A DNA stretch of 64,000 nt from Mobula hypostoma (Eukaryota). Of the stretch, positions 50,581 to 63,610 are shown in pieces. Location of the stretch: contig NC_086097.1 in NCBI RefSeq assembly GCF_963921235.1, positions 35,652,001 to 35,716,000 on the forward strand, in the 5' to 3' direction. A program made the position numbers and the translations under genes. Below the pieces are notes generated by a model that saw only the letters and a list, made by a program, of their open reading frames with translations, was not told the DNA's origin and ran no database searches. The stretch's first letter is position 1, and every line of letters begins with the position of its first letter.

Positions 50581-53500
50581 TCTCGATCAAGGAAACTGTT
50601 CAGAAGGGATGGTTTGCACCTGAACTGGAGAGGAACTAAAATCCTAGCAGAAGGGTTTGCTAGTGCTGAACAGGGGAGGGGGTTTAAACTGGAGGTGCAG
50701 GGGGATAAGAACCAGAGCACCAGAACAGATAGTGGAGTGGTTGAGGAGAAAAATGACAAGCCTACATACAAGGTCAGGAATCAAAACATTGAGCATGCTG
50801 AGACTAATGTTCTTTGCCGCATATATTTCAATGTAGTGAAATTCAATATAGTGTTGTAGGAAAGGCAATAAGGTTCGGGCATGGATCAGCACATGAAATT
50901 TTGGCGGTGTAGCCATCAGTGAGACTTGGTTGCAGGAGGGGCAGGACTGGCATTTCGATGTTCCATGGTTCCATTTTTTTCAGATGAGATCAAGCGGGAG
51001 GGATTAAAGGGGAAGGAGTGGCATTGCTAGTCAGGGAAAATGCCACGGCAGTCCTCAGTCAGGACAGACTGGAGAGCTCATTCAGTGAGTCTTTATGGGT
51101 AGAATTGAGGAATAAGCAAAGTATGATCACATTAATGGGAATGTACTATACACCACATAACAGCCCGTGGGAATTAGAGGAGCAAACTTGTACAGAGATC
51201 GCAAACTATTGTAATAAACATATGGTTGTGATAGTGGGTGATTTTAAATTTTCACATATTGATTGGGACTCCCATGTTCTGAAAGGACTGGATAGGAAAG
51301 AGCTTGTCATATATATTCAGGAAAGTTTCCTTAATAGAAGTCCCACCTGGAGAGAATGCGATACTAAATCCCCTATTAGGGAATGAGACAGGGCAGGTGA
51401 CAGAAGTTTGTGTAGAGGAGCGTTGTGCTTCTTGTGATCATAATGCCACTGGTTTCAAGGTAATTATGGAAAAGGATAGGTCTGGTCCTCAGGCTGATAT
51501 TCTAAATTGGAGAAAGGCCAATTTTTATGGTATCAGAAAGGATCTGGCAAGTGTGGATTGGGATAGGATGTTTTCTGGCAAAGGTGTACCTGGTAAATGT
51601 GAGGCCTTCAAAGGTGAAATTTTGAGAGTACAGGGTATGAATGTTCCTTTCAGAATAAAAGGCAAGGATAACAGATTTATGGAACCTTGGTTTTTGAGAG
51701 ATATTGAGACCCTAGAAAAAGGAGGTGCATAGCAGATATTGGTAGGTAGGAACAAATGAGGTACTTGAGGAGTAGGGAAATGCAAGAGGACCCTTAAGAG
51801 GAAATTAGAAGGACTAAAAGAAACATGAGGTTGTTTAGCAGACAAGGTGACGGGGAATCCTAAGGGCTTCTACAGATATATTAAGAGCAAAAGGATAGCA
51901 AAGGACAAAATTGGTCCTCTGGAAAACAGAGTGGTCATCTATGCATGGAGCCTAAAGAAATGGGAGAGATCTTAAATGGACCTTTTGCATCTGTATTTAC
52001 TCGGGTGACTATAGATGTGAGGCAAAGCAGCAATGAGGTCATGGACCCTACACAGATTACAGAGGAGAATGTGTTTGCTGTCCTGAGGCAAATTAGTGTG
52101 GATAAATCCCCGGGGCCTTACAAGATGTTCCATTGGACACTATGGGAGACTAGTGCAGAAATTGCAGGTGCCCTAGCAGAGGAATTTAAAACATCCTTAG
52201 GCAGATGTGAGGTGCCAGAGGATTGAAGGATAGCTAATGTTTTTCCATTGTTTAAGAAAGGATCTAAGAATAAGCCAAGAAATTATAGGCAAGTGAGACT
52301 GACATTAGAGGCGGAAAAGTAATTGGAAGGGACTGGATATATAGGTATTTGGAAAGACAGGGACTGATTAGGGGTAGTCAACATAGCTTTGTATGTGGTG
52401 ATTTGAGTCTAACCAATTTTATAGAGTTTTTTTGAGGAAGTTACCAGGAAAGTTGATGAAGGCAAGGCAGTGGATGTTGACGACATGGACCTTAGCGAGG
52501 CCTTTGAGAAGGTTCCATATGAGAAGTAGGTCAAGAAGGGTTATTTGCTTGGCATTCAAGATGAGGTAGTAAATTGGATTAGACATTGGCTTTGTGGGAG
52601 AAGCCAGAGAGTGGTAGTAGGTAGTTGCCTCTCTGACTGGAGGCCTGTAACTAGTGGTGTGTAGTAGGGATCAGTGCTGAGTCCGTTGATGTTTAGCATC
52701 AACAATCGGAATGATAATGTGTTTAACTGGATCAGCAAATTTGCAGATGACACCAAGATTGGGGTGTAGTGGACAGCAAGGAAGACTATCAAAGATTGCA
52801 GCAGGATCTGGACCTGCTGGAAAAATGGGCTGAGAAAAGACAGATGGAATTTAATGCAGACAAGTGTGAGAAGTTGCACTTTGGGAGGATGAAACTGGGT
52901 AGGTTCTTACACAGTGAGTCTTAGGGCACTGAGGAGTGCAGTAGAACTGAGGGATCTGGGGATACATATCCATAATTCCTTGGAGGTGGCATGAAAGCTA
53001 GATAGTGTCGTAGAGAAAACTTATGGCACATTGGCCCTCATGCATCAAGTGTTGAGTACAGGAGATGGGATGTTATGTTGAAATTGTATATAAGACATTT
53101 GTGTGGCCTAATTTAGAGTATTATGTGTAGATTTGGTCACCTATTGACAGGAAAGGTATAAATAAGATTGAAATAATGCAGAGAAAATTTACAATGATAT
53201 TGCTGGGACTTGAGGATCTCAGTTATAGGGAAGAGGTTGAATAGGTTAGGAATTTATTCCCTGAATGTAGAAGACTGAGGGGAGATTGATATAGGTATAT
53301 GAAATTATGAGGGTTTTAGATAGGGTAAGTGCAAGCAGTTATTCCCCCACAAAGGTTGGGCGAGACTAGAACTAGAGGTCGTGGGTTAAGGGTGAAAGGT
53401 GAAATGTTTAAGGGGAACATGAAGGGGATCTGCTTCATGCAAAGGGTGGTGAGAGTGTGGAATGAGTTGCCAGTGCTAGTGGTGGAGGAGGGGTCGATTT

Positions 53501-53965
53501 TAACATTTAAGAGAAATTTGGATAGGTACATGGATGACAGGTATGGAGGGCTATGGTATGGGTGCAGGTTGATGGAACTAGGCAAGTTAATGGTTCGGCA
53601 CAGACTTGGTGGACCAAAGCATCTGTTCTGTGCTAGCTTTGCTATGTTAGTAAGCATTCCTTACCTATGGTTCCATTATCTTGGATTCTAAGAGCCCTAT
53701 GTGTTGCTCTGTTCAGTTTTATACTTGAGAAGGCCCTGGGAAACAATGAACAATGGTTATGGTATCAGTTACATTATGCCAGAGTGTACCTGTATATATT
53801 TATACCACTCCATAATGAACTTGTCTTGGATCATAAGCTTTCAAATGAGTTTTCAGCAATGTTCAATGGCAACCCCCTTGTAGCCAGGCAATCCATATCC
53901 GTTCAAACATAAATTGCTAGTAGATGCAATAAAATGCTATTGAAATAAAAGTATTGCAAGATTAA

Positions 53966-54449
53966 GAACAAAGGATTCTGCAGATACTGGAAATCTAGAA
54001 AACCACACACCAACTTCACACCAGGAACACCAATATCTCTAACCTCTGGTAATTTCTCCCCACCCCCTCCCCATTCTCTCTTTTTCTATTTCCCATTCTG
54101 GTTCTCCTCTTACCCCTTCTGTTCTCCTCACCTGCCTATCACATCCATTTGGTGCTCCTTTCTCTTCCCTTTCTCCCAGGATTCACTATCTTCTCTTATC
54201 AGATTCCTTCTTCTTCAGTCCTTTACGTCTTCTACCTATCCCTACTCAGCTTCTTCCCCATCCTCCCCTCACCTGGCCTCGCCTATCACCTACCAGCTTG
54301 TATTCCTTCCCCTCTCGCACCTTCTAATTGTGGCTTCTGTCCCCTTTCCAGGCCTGATGAAGGGTCTTGGCCTGAAATATTGACTATTTATTCCCCTCCT
54401 TAGGCACTGCCTGACTTGCTGAGTTGCTTCAGCATTTTCTGTGTGGCAC
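53966..54449. mobile_element. Penelope pLTR (plus) preceded by a short inverted pLTR tip
   Basis: cctgatgaagggtcttggcctgaaatattgac at 54353-54384; approximate TSD tattgcaagattaa / tattgaatgattaa. Confidence 0.78.
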
Positions 54450-55039
54450 TATTGAATGATTAATTATGTATTGCAATTAGCCAGTAAGGAAGAAAAATAG
54501 TCATTGCCTTTTGGTTGATTGATGGTCAATTGGATTCTTTTTTAAACAGATTAAAACTCTGTTTTTAGCAATATGTACATCTATAGAAGCTGTAAAAATA
54601 GAATTATGGGACTGATAGTTAAAGCAGAAAGCTTCATTGCTCAATCTACCAAATGTGTCCTCAGTAAACTGTAGCCTAAATGATTAATTCTCTATGGTTG
54701 CACAATTTTTAATTCAAGGAGATTGTATTGCTATCTGACATTCATTATCAGAGATTTTATTTTATTTTTTATCAGCACTTACAACTTTGCCTGTTCATAG
54801 TGAATGTCAGATATCCCAGTAAAAAAACATTTTTGTATGCTGTCTTGCCATATCACAGAATTAGAGCATGGTCCTAGTCTCAGCCTCTGTATTTGATAAG
54901 GCACTTCCACAGAGAGATAGAATTTAACAGCAAAATATCATTCCAATACCCCTTGATCTCCAGCGGAAGTGTATGCTTACCTGGTATGCCATCAAACAAT
55001 GATAGAATTGGGAATGAAAACGAAAGGATAAATTTATAA

Positions 55040-55485
55040 AGTCATAAAACTCTACAGCACAGAAACAGGCCCATCGCCTGTCTAGTGAATGCAAAACTAT
55101 TATTACGCACAATCCCATCAACTTCCGCCCAGACCACAGCTCTCCATACCTCTCCCATCTCTGCACTTACCCAAATTTCTCTTAAATCATCTCCACTGGC
55201 AGCTCATTCTACACTCTCACCACCCTCTGAGTGAAAAGGTTCCCCTTCCTGTTCACCTTAAACATATCACCCTTCCCCCTTAACCCATGATCTCTAGTTC
55301 TAGCCTCACCCAACCTCACTGTAAAAAGCCTTCTTGCATTTATCTTATCTATATCCCTCATAATTGTGTATACTTCTATCAGATTTCCCCTCAGTCTCCT
55401 ACATTCCAGGGAATAAAGTTCTAATCTGTTCAACTTTTCACTATATCTCATATCAAGTCCCCGCAACATCCTTGTAATTTTTCTC
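55040..55485 (-). mobile_element. CR1 3' fragment
   Basis: RLELYSLECRRLRGNLIEVY...LFTQRVVRV. Confidence 0.88.
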
Positions 55486-57989
55486 TCCATAGGGCACAAT
55501 AAAATAATTAGAAGCTGCTTAAAATACACTAAAATAAAAAAAACTTTAAAACAAATCCAAGATAAACAATTCACTTCAGAGTTACAAAAATGTGTGCAAC
55601 GAATACTGTACATAGGCTTTCAGTATATAGATTACAAAAGTGGCCCTCAAAAGGCCCAACGTTATTCTGTCAGATAAAGGGATTCTTTTCTTTGTAGAGA
55701 TGCACAGCCTACCTGCTAGAGAAACAAGTTGTACTAAACCCAAGAGAATATCAAGTGCAGGACACATTTTGAATTTGCTTTAATTTGCAATTTTAGAACA
55801 ATACTGTTATAAGTGCTCAGAGACCAGAGACCAAGGATGAGAGTGTCTACTTATCAATAGAAAATGCAAATACATTTGTTTTCTGTGCCCTTTCAATGGT
55901 TATATTATAACATGTCCTTGCTGCCACGAATTGGAAAGCTTTTTCCGCATCTGTAGGTGAATAGATTTTAACTGTCACCATAGCAACACATTTGTTTGAA
56001 GCAGGTTGGAAAGTGATTAATTTGGGAGGATAATCATGTCAGGTGGGACTACATTTTATATTGAGCAGATCTCCAAACATTTATCTCATTTCTCTGAGCA
56101 TATTTTGGTCAATATTGATTTATTCTTCAAAAACCACTGCTTGTAATAGAGCTATAACAACAATTAATATTTATAAAATGCAAGAAAAATAATGTTTGAC
56201 TCTTAATATACGTACTACTTATAAATGTGCTCCATTTTAATGTTCTACAAATAAGGCTTCTTACAACTTAATTTCCTTGCACAGACCAAATGTCAGAATT
56301 GCACTTAGAGAATAGGTCATAATTATATAATTAGAAGATGCTTTAGATAGAATAAAATTTTTTAAAAAGCCTAGACACATGAAAGAATTATTGATCAAGG
56401 AAGACTAAGTTACCAGCTTTATTTGGATTTCAATTTTTCTTTCCATCAAACATATTGAAAGATTCTTGAAGCACAAGGAGAATATATATGGAAACCCCAT
56501 CAAGATCATCTACTTCACCTCTCCTCCGAAGATCTCAAGCAATCTAATTTCATATTCTATCATCCTTTGAGCAAACATTTAATTCTTCGGAAAATGATGT
56601 CACCTTAAATCAAGATTTCAGATTTCGTATGAAGTGCTGTAGCTGCAAAACAAAAATATCTCAATTGTTAAATTTGCTCAGATGACAGAATGTTTCGAAG
56701 GACTGTTATAGTGCTAATTTAAAATAATTTTAACCATATTTTAATCAGTGATAATGGTTAAAATTTATTGCTAGAAAATCACAGTTGGATTTGAATGAAC
56801 TAGACATATGCTACCCTTATAATTTACATATGATTTTCACATCAGTCCATCATTCCCTGGTCCTAGACACAAATGAGCTCTTTGTAATTACACTGCACCA
56901 CCCACTGTAAGGCCCTTCTTCTTATCCACCCCAAATCATCTTCCTCAACAGCACTGTAACCAAATTAATGGCATTACACAAGCACATTTCTTACAAATGC
57001 ACAGTTTCATATTGGATGCTAAAGTTTTCAATCAGTTTTCATATGATTTCCAGCCAGTATTATCAACATTTTCTTTAAATTAACCCTCACTAAGTTCTGT
57101 TTGTATTTTATGAATTCCCAGATGTATTCTTGGAAGTATTAGTACAACTTACATCAAAGTTAAAGATTCACTTGACAAACTGCATTAATATAACTATATA
57201 AAATATCTTGAGCAGTTGCTCAAAATAGGGGATATGTTTCATCAGCTGCTGAATTTGTTCTTCATTTCACATTCCTTTTCCTGCAATATAATTGATACTA
57301 ATCGGCTGAATTTAATTTATGCTCTGCCATGCTTGATGTGCTTTGAAAGATAGATGACCTGAAGTTTTAAATGTCCTTACATTCATAAAATACCCAGTGT
57401 CTAGTGCTTCTTCTGTGCCTGTTCTTTAGCTGATTTCCAATTATTTTCAATCATTGGTTAGTTTATGGGAATATGCTAATACATCTGGCAGGAGTTCTGA
57501 ATGCAATAAACATGGGAACGATGGGCCTATCATTGTGTCCAACTTCCAAATTATACCTGAAAGAATATATTACACCTCCAAGTAATGTTGCAAAAAATAT
57601 TAGCTTTAGTCTTAAAATTGTTTCACCTTACCTAACTCATCTGTTTGCCTTTACAAAAGATTCCTTTTTCGCGAGATTGACTTGGACTATGTAAACCCCT
57701 GGGCCTTATGCCTAACTCTAACAGCAAAGCTACAAATCTCATACTTATTTATTTCCCTTGTTTGGTTGACACCAGATTTTAATTAACTTTCAGCAGCTAC
57801 GAATAATTCAAAGTTGATACTGAAATTGTAACTGAACATGTTATGAGTTTTGGGCTTACTCTATCCAGGGATGGAACAGTAGGCATTCCTAATTGTAGTA
57901 CAACAGTGCTGGGACCCTTTGTGTTGAGGGGGATATGTCGATGATAATTGGGCAGAGATTTCCTCAAACAAGCCTGATGAAAAAATAAG

Positions 57990-58310
57990 AGGAATAGATA
58001 GAGTGGATAGCCAGCGCCTCTTCCCCAGGGCACCACTGCTCAATACAAGAGGACATGGCTTTAAGGTAAGGGGTGGGAAGTTTAAGGGGGATATTAGAGG
58101 AAGGTTTTTTACTCAGAGAGTAGTTGGTGCGTGGAATGCACTGCCTGAGTCAGTGGTGGAGGCAGATACACTAGTGAAGTTTAAGAGACTACTAGACAGG
58201 TATATGGAGGAATCTAAGGTGGGAGCTTATATGGGAGGCAGGGTTTGAGGGTCGGCGCAACATTGTGGGCCGAAGGGCCTGTACTGTGCTGTACTATTCT
58301 ATGTTCTATG
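57990..58310 (+). mobile_element. Young CR1 3' fragment
   Basis: NTRGHGFKVRGGKFKGD...FFTQRVVGAWNALP; ttctatgttctatg tail. Confidence 0.9.
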
Positions 58311-58319
58311 AAAGTCCCC

Positions 58320-58660
58320 GACAATGATTGAAAGGTGTCGGAGTAGGCTGTTTCTTGTTTGCTAATCACTGCGCTCATACCTTGAGTGCATGCTTAACAG
58401 TAGCCTTTGGTGGTATGTCAGGATCACAGAGGAGAATTCTCTTGGTAAATAGAACAGTCAGAACATAATCAACAGATGTTCCGGGTCAGGGGAGCAAGAG
58501 AGCAACAAGATCACTACGTCCAAGCACCATGAGGAGTTTATTATGAAACACAGAACCCCACCTTTTACCCTCTTCAAATCAGCAGTCCAGTCCATCTGAT
58601 GGACTGAGAAGCCTTCTGGTCTCCGTGACGTATCCAGCCTATCCAGAGTGAGGTGAGTGA
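58320..58660 (-). mobile_element. Rex1/Babar APE fragment
   Basis: RPEGFSVHQMD...KGGVLCFIINSSWC...SCSPDPEHL. Confidence 0.7.
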
Positions 58661-58929
58661 AGTAATTCAGAAGCATGATGGTTGAAGGGTCATAACTGTT
58701 CCTGAACCTGATGTCCTTCTTTGTGTTTTTCTTTGGTGTTTCATTTGAGCTTCTGACATCTTCTGTACCATTTCCTTCTCCATTATCACAAAAAAGAGGA
58801 TATGCTCATTTTGAAGCAGATGTTTCGAATCGGAAAGATCTGAGGAACACAGAACTCTGTCAAGCAGTGCGAAAAGACAGAGACTTGCACTGCTACTAGG
58901 TAGCTACGGAGTGATGTTTGCCTAAAATG

Positions 58930-59411
58930 TCTGTCCAGGAATGAAAGGGTTACCGTATGAGGAACGTCTGGCAGCTCTCGGGCTGTATTTCCTGGAGTTC
59001 AGGAGAATGAGGGGGGGATCTCATTAAAACAGTCCAAATGTTAAAAGGCCTGAAGAGATTAGATATTGCAAAGTTATTTCCCATGGTAGGGGAATCTAGG
59101 ACATGAGGGCACAACTTCAGGATTGAAGGACGTCCTTTTAGAATAGAGGTGCAGAGAAATTACTTTATTCAGACGATGGTAAATCTGTGGAATTTGTTGC
59201 CACGAGCGGCTGTGGAGGCCAAGTCATTGGGTGCATTTAAGGCAGAGATAGATAGGTTCTTGATTAGCCAGGGCATCAAATGGTATGGGGAAAAGACAGG
59301 GGAGTGGGGATGACTGGAAGAATTGGATCAGCCCATAATTGAATGGCGGAGCAGACTCGATGGGCCAAATGGCCTACTTCTGCTTCTATATCTTATGGTC
59401 TTATGGTCTTA
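58930..59411 (+). mobile_element. CR1 3' fragment
   Basis: Same subfamily as 16408-16830; tcttatggtcttatggtctt tail. Confidence 0.88.
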
Positions 59412-60044
59412 AGATTTGTACCTACATTTACACCTGTTCAGAACTACTGTCAAAACAGAAAACGCATGCTCCCATGCTTGTGGACTAGGGAATTTTTAAG
59501 AAGTAAGTGGTCTGACATAACTCAGGAAGCTGGTTTAGAACATCAAACTACTATTGGAATGAAAATTACAAGAAATTTCCTCAGCTTCATCCCTGCTGAA
59601 ATAAAACTAGTAGTGACTTCTACATAAAATTTCCCAGAAGGAGAATCTAAAGAAAGGAAATTGAATGGTTAATGTACTTAAAATCATTAAGATATATTAA
59701 TCTATTAACATAATATTCTGCATTCAATGGCAATTGCACAGATACTGCTTATATCTGAATAAAATCAGTAGTAAATTCTTTTCCTCCTGGGTTTCGTTGT
59801 GTAGTGTAGGATCTGAGTTAACAAAATGCTGCCACACTCCAATACTTGCAAATAGCTGAGATACAGTATGTTCTCAGCAGCTCCTTCGAATCCATCAGTG
59901 GAAATAGTAACACAGGGAAGGTAGGTGACCATAAAGTTCATTTGCAACAAAACTACATTCAAAATTTGACAGCAATAGCTAAACACAGAAATCCTCATCT
60001 TGCTGAGTGATGCCCAAGTGTATTCTTGAATGTACATTGGTGTT

Positions 60045-60168
60045 AAATTTACATATTACTATTTAACTATTTATGGTTTTATTACTATTTATTATTTATG
60101 GTGCAACTGTAACGAAAACCAGTTTCCCCCGGGATCAATAAAGTATGACTATGACTATGACTGTGACT
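60045..60168 (+). mobile_element. Rex1-type 3' tip with (TATGAC)n tail
   Basis: tttcccccgggatcaataaag-tatgactatgactatgactgtgact. Confidence 0.7.
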
Positions 60169-61034
60169 AAACAAAAGTTCACAATTACTTGTGATGGAAA
60201 TGTTACAGTCTTTAAATATGATTTAGGACCCAATTTTTAACAACTATCACAGCACACCCGGATGATCAAATAGTTCCACACACCATTCAGCTCAATGTCT
60301 TTGCACTGCAAATTACCAGCAATGTGAACCATCAGCTCAAATGGGATTTGGTTAATATAGGACAGGCAATCATTCATTAACATATAAGGTTTTGAGAAAG
60401 ACTACCCAAGGAAGAGCTGAGAATGACAGCAATGAGAAGAATGAAGAAAAATGAGATGCAAGCAGAAAAAAAAAGACAAACAGAGAAAGCTTCTGGTGAA
60501 AAATTATCATCCTGAAATGATAGTGTTTTGCCTTCACAGATGCTGCTCGACTGATTATGTATTTTTAACATTTTCTCTTTTCATATAAGAAAGGTCTTAC
60601 CTTTATAAATTGTAAGCCCAGTTTAATAGTTGCAGGAATGAGATTCCAATAGGAATTAGTTATCATATTCATACCTCCTCCTCTGACTCTTAAACATGCA
60701 TGTGTAGATCTGAATGTTTCTTGACAGAAACACAAGGATTCATTCACTTTCACAACTAGACTTGTCCTAGGGTCCCCAAGCGCTGAGAAGACCAAAATGA
60801 AAATTACTATTAATCAGTATATTTAGATAATTTCTGCCTGAGCTTATTTACTATAGTGCTGAAGCCAGGAGCTATTCAATTATTCATTGTTGCTGTTTCC
60901 TCTTTCATTGCTGGTTTGCCAAATATTCATTTCAGACACATAACCATGTTGCAGATTGTGAGTGATCGGTTCAAACTTCATCAGTGTTACATTACAGCAG
61001 TCATTACTTGATGAAACTTGGAGGTGTTTAATCT

Positions 61035-61187
61035 GTCAATGTTTCGGGCTAAGTCCCATCATCGGAAGTGGAAAGTAAGACAGAGGAAGTTCCTCCAGTT
61101 GAGGAAGTCCAGCTGACCTGTTGAGCTCCTCTGGCATTTTGTGCATGTTCCTCAAGGTTTCCAGCATCTGCAGAATCTCTTGTGACT
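61035..61187. mobile_element. Short Penelope pLTR composite (inverted hammerhead plus forward pLTR tip)
   Basis: Reverse complement tccgatgatgggacttagcccgaaacattgac; 13-bp TSD aggtgtttaatct (61022-61034, 61188-61200). Confidence 0.78.
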
Positions 61188-61334
61188 AGGTGTTTAATCT
61201 CAAGGCTGTAACAACTAATCTCACTCATTCCATGGCAATCCAAGTTCTATCCTGTTTCCTACTTCATTTTCTCTCATTATATTGTTCAATGGTGGGAAAA
61301 GAAGCCGGAACCCAAGGTAAAAAGAAAAGAACAA

Positions 61335-61995
61335 GGAACATGAACATACAACATTACCACACAGGAAAAGTCCATTTGGCCCATGACATTAGTACCAACC
61401 ATGCCAATTTCAACTAATCCTACGTGGTCTATATCTTTCCATTCCCTGCCTATGCCTAAATGCCTCTAACACATCCCCTTCCACCACTTTAGCCGATAAT
61501 ACATTCCAGGCACCTAGTAGACTCTGTAAAAATATTGCCTCATAAATTTCCATTAAACTTCCCCTTTCTCAGTTTAAAGCTTTGCTCAGTAGTATTTGAA
61601 ATTTCCATTCTGGGAGAAATACTTAACTGCTTCTAGCTATGACTCTCATAATTTTATATATTTCTCTCAGGTCACCCTCAGACTCCAAAACTCTGGAGAA
61701 TATAATCTAAGTTTGTCCAACCTCTCCTTACAGTTTTCACTCTCTAACCCAGAGAGTATTCTGATGAACTTCTTCTGAATTTTCTCCAAAGCCCGCACAT
61801 TCTTCCTGTAATTCAGTGACCAGAAGTGCACACAATGCTCTAAAAGTGGCTTAACCAATGCTTAATACAGCTGCAACATAGCTTGACTTTTATACTCAAC
61901 ACCCAAACCAAAGAAGGCAAGACTGCTATATGCCTTCTTTGCCACGCTATGCACTTTCCACTGTTACGGACTTGCGCCTCAAGGTCCCTCTGTGC
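61335..61995 (-). mobile_element. CR1 3' fragment
   Basis: VKPLLEHCVHFWSLNYRKN...LEKIQKKF. Confidence 0.82.
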
Positions 61996-62905
61996 ATCAG
62001 AGTCAGAATCAGATTTCATATCACTGGCGTATGTCGGGAAATTTTGTTGTTTTGTGTCAGCAGTACAGTGCAGTGCATAATGACAAAAAGGTTAAATAGT
62101 AGTGCAAATAGAGAGCAGTAAAAGAGAAAAAAAAGTAGTCAGTTGGTGTGCATGGGTTCATTGGCTATTCAGGAATCTGGTGGAAGAGGGGAAGAAGCTG
62201 TTCCTAAAATGTTGGGTGTGTGTCTTCATGCTCGTGTACCTCCTCCGTGATGGTAGCAGTGAGAAGAGGGCGTGTCCTGAGTGACGAGAATCCTTAATGA
62301 CGGATGCAGTCTTTTGGGGCATCACCTTTTGAAGATCTCCTTGATGCTGGTGAGACTAAGTCCCATGATGAAGCTGGCTGAGTTTGCAACTTTCTAGAGC
62401 TTTTACCAATCCTGTGCAGTGGTTCCTCCATATCAGATGGTGATGCAACCAGTTAGAGTGCTCTCCATGGTAGAAATTTGCTAGAGTCGATGGTGACAAA
62501 CCAAATTTCCTCAAACACCTAATAAAATATAGCCATTGCCATGCCCCCTTTGTAATTGTATCTATATGCTGGATGCAAGATACAGTAGATCTTCAGAGAT
62601 GTTGACACCCAGGAACTTGAAACTGCTTACACTTTCCACCTGATGAGGACTGGAGTGTGTTCCCTTGACTTTCCCTTCCTGAAGTCCACAATCAATTTCT
62701 TGGTCATGCTACTATTGAGTGCAAGACTGTGCTTGTAACACCACTGAACCAGCTGATTTATCTCACTCTTTTATGTCTCCTCGTCATCAGCTGAAATTCT
62801 GCCAACAATAGTTGTGTCACCAACAAATTTATAGATGGTGTTAGAGCTGTGCCTAGCCACACAGCCATGGGTGTAGAGAGAGTAGGCCAGTGGGTTAAGC
62901 ACACG
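61996..62905 (-). mobile_element. Rex1/Babar 3' fragment
   Basis: YSLYTHGCVARHSSNTIYKFVGDTTIVG; tail ctgattctgactctga; same family as 29850-32140. Confidence 0.88.
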
Positions 62906-62909
62906 TCCT

Positions 62910-63610
62910 TCATCCCTATCAACTACTCTCCTTATTGTGCCACTTTTCCCAGGCAATCACAGGTAACGTAACACCTGAACTTTAACCATTTGTCATGTCA
63001 CACCAGGATTCAGGCGAAGCACCATTCATTTCTACTTCAACCATTTTAGTTTAGTCCATTCATAGGTCTCCTGAACAGAGAGAAGCCAAATGCCAACTGG
63101 GTATCCACTTTGCAGAATATATTCATTTAGTTTTCAAGGGTGATCATGAGCTTCCTATCACCTGTTACTTTAAATCTCTGGCCCATTTCTCTGCTAATCT
63201 GTCTCTCCATTGTTGCCCAATGTAAGTCTGAGGAAAAGCAACCCACTTTCCAATGGGACTTAACATTTTCAGGTAAATCTTCTATTTCCCAAAATATGGG
63301 TTTGGCTTTATTTCAATCTGTGTTTCAATTTGCTTCTTTATGATTTTATTCCAGCTGCTGGTTTTTAAAGTAGTGGTTACCTTGACAACCATGATCTGCA
63401 CACCTGTTATTTCCTCTGTTTTTTTCCACCTTCCCAGCTCCGCAACTTAAAACTCACCTGTCTTCTCACATTTCCAGTTTTGAGGGAGGATCCCTGATCC
63501 GAGATGTCAATCCTACTTATTTGCTCGCTGGTCCCGTTTGACCTGCAAAGCGTTTCCATAATTCTATTGTTATGTTTTGAATTTCCAACATGTGCAGCAT
63601 TTTTCCCGCA
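62910..63610 (+). mobile_element. Old, decayed Penelope-like fragment
   Basis: tgcc aactgggtatccactttgcagaa and gtctgaggaaaagcaaccc remnants of the GIY-YIG region; decayed pLTR at 63470-63610. Confidence 0.45.

Larger units (their letters stand above)
48730..53648 (+). mobile_element. Long decayed CR1 LINE (partial ORF1 esterase, APE, RT, 3' UTR), interrupted at 48991-50580
   Basis: DGLHLNWRGTKILA; GVALLVRE...IVGDFKF; KSPGP; SKFADDTKI; TRGRGLRVKG...RVVRVWNELP. Confidence 0.9.
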
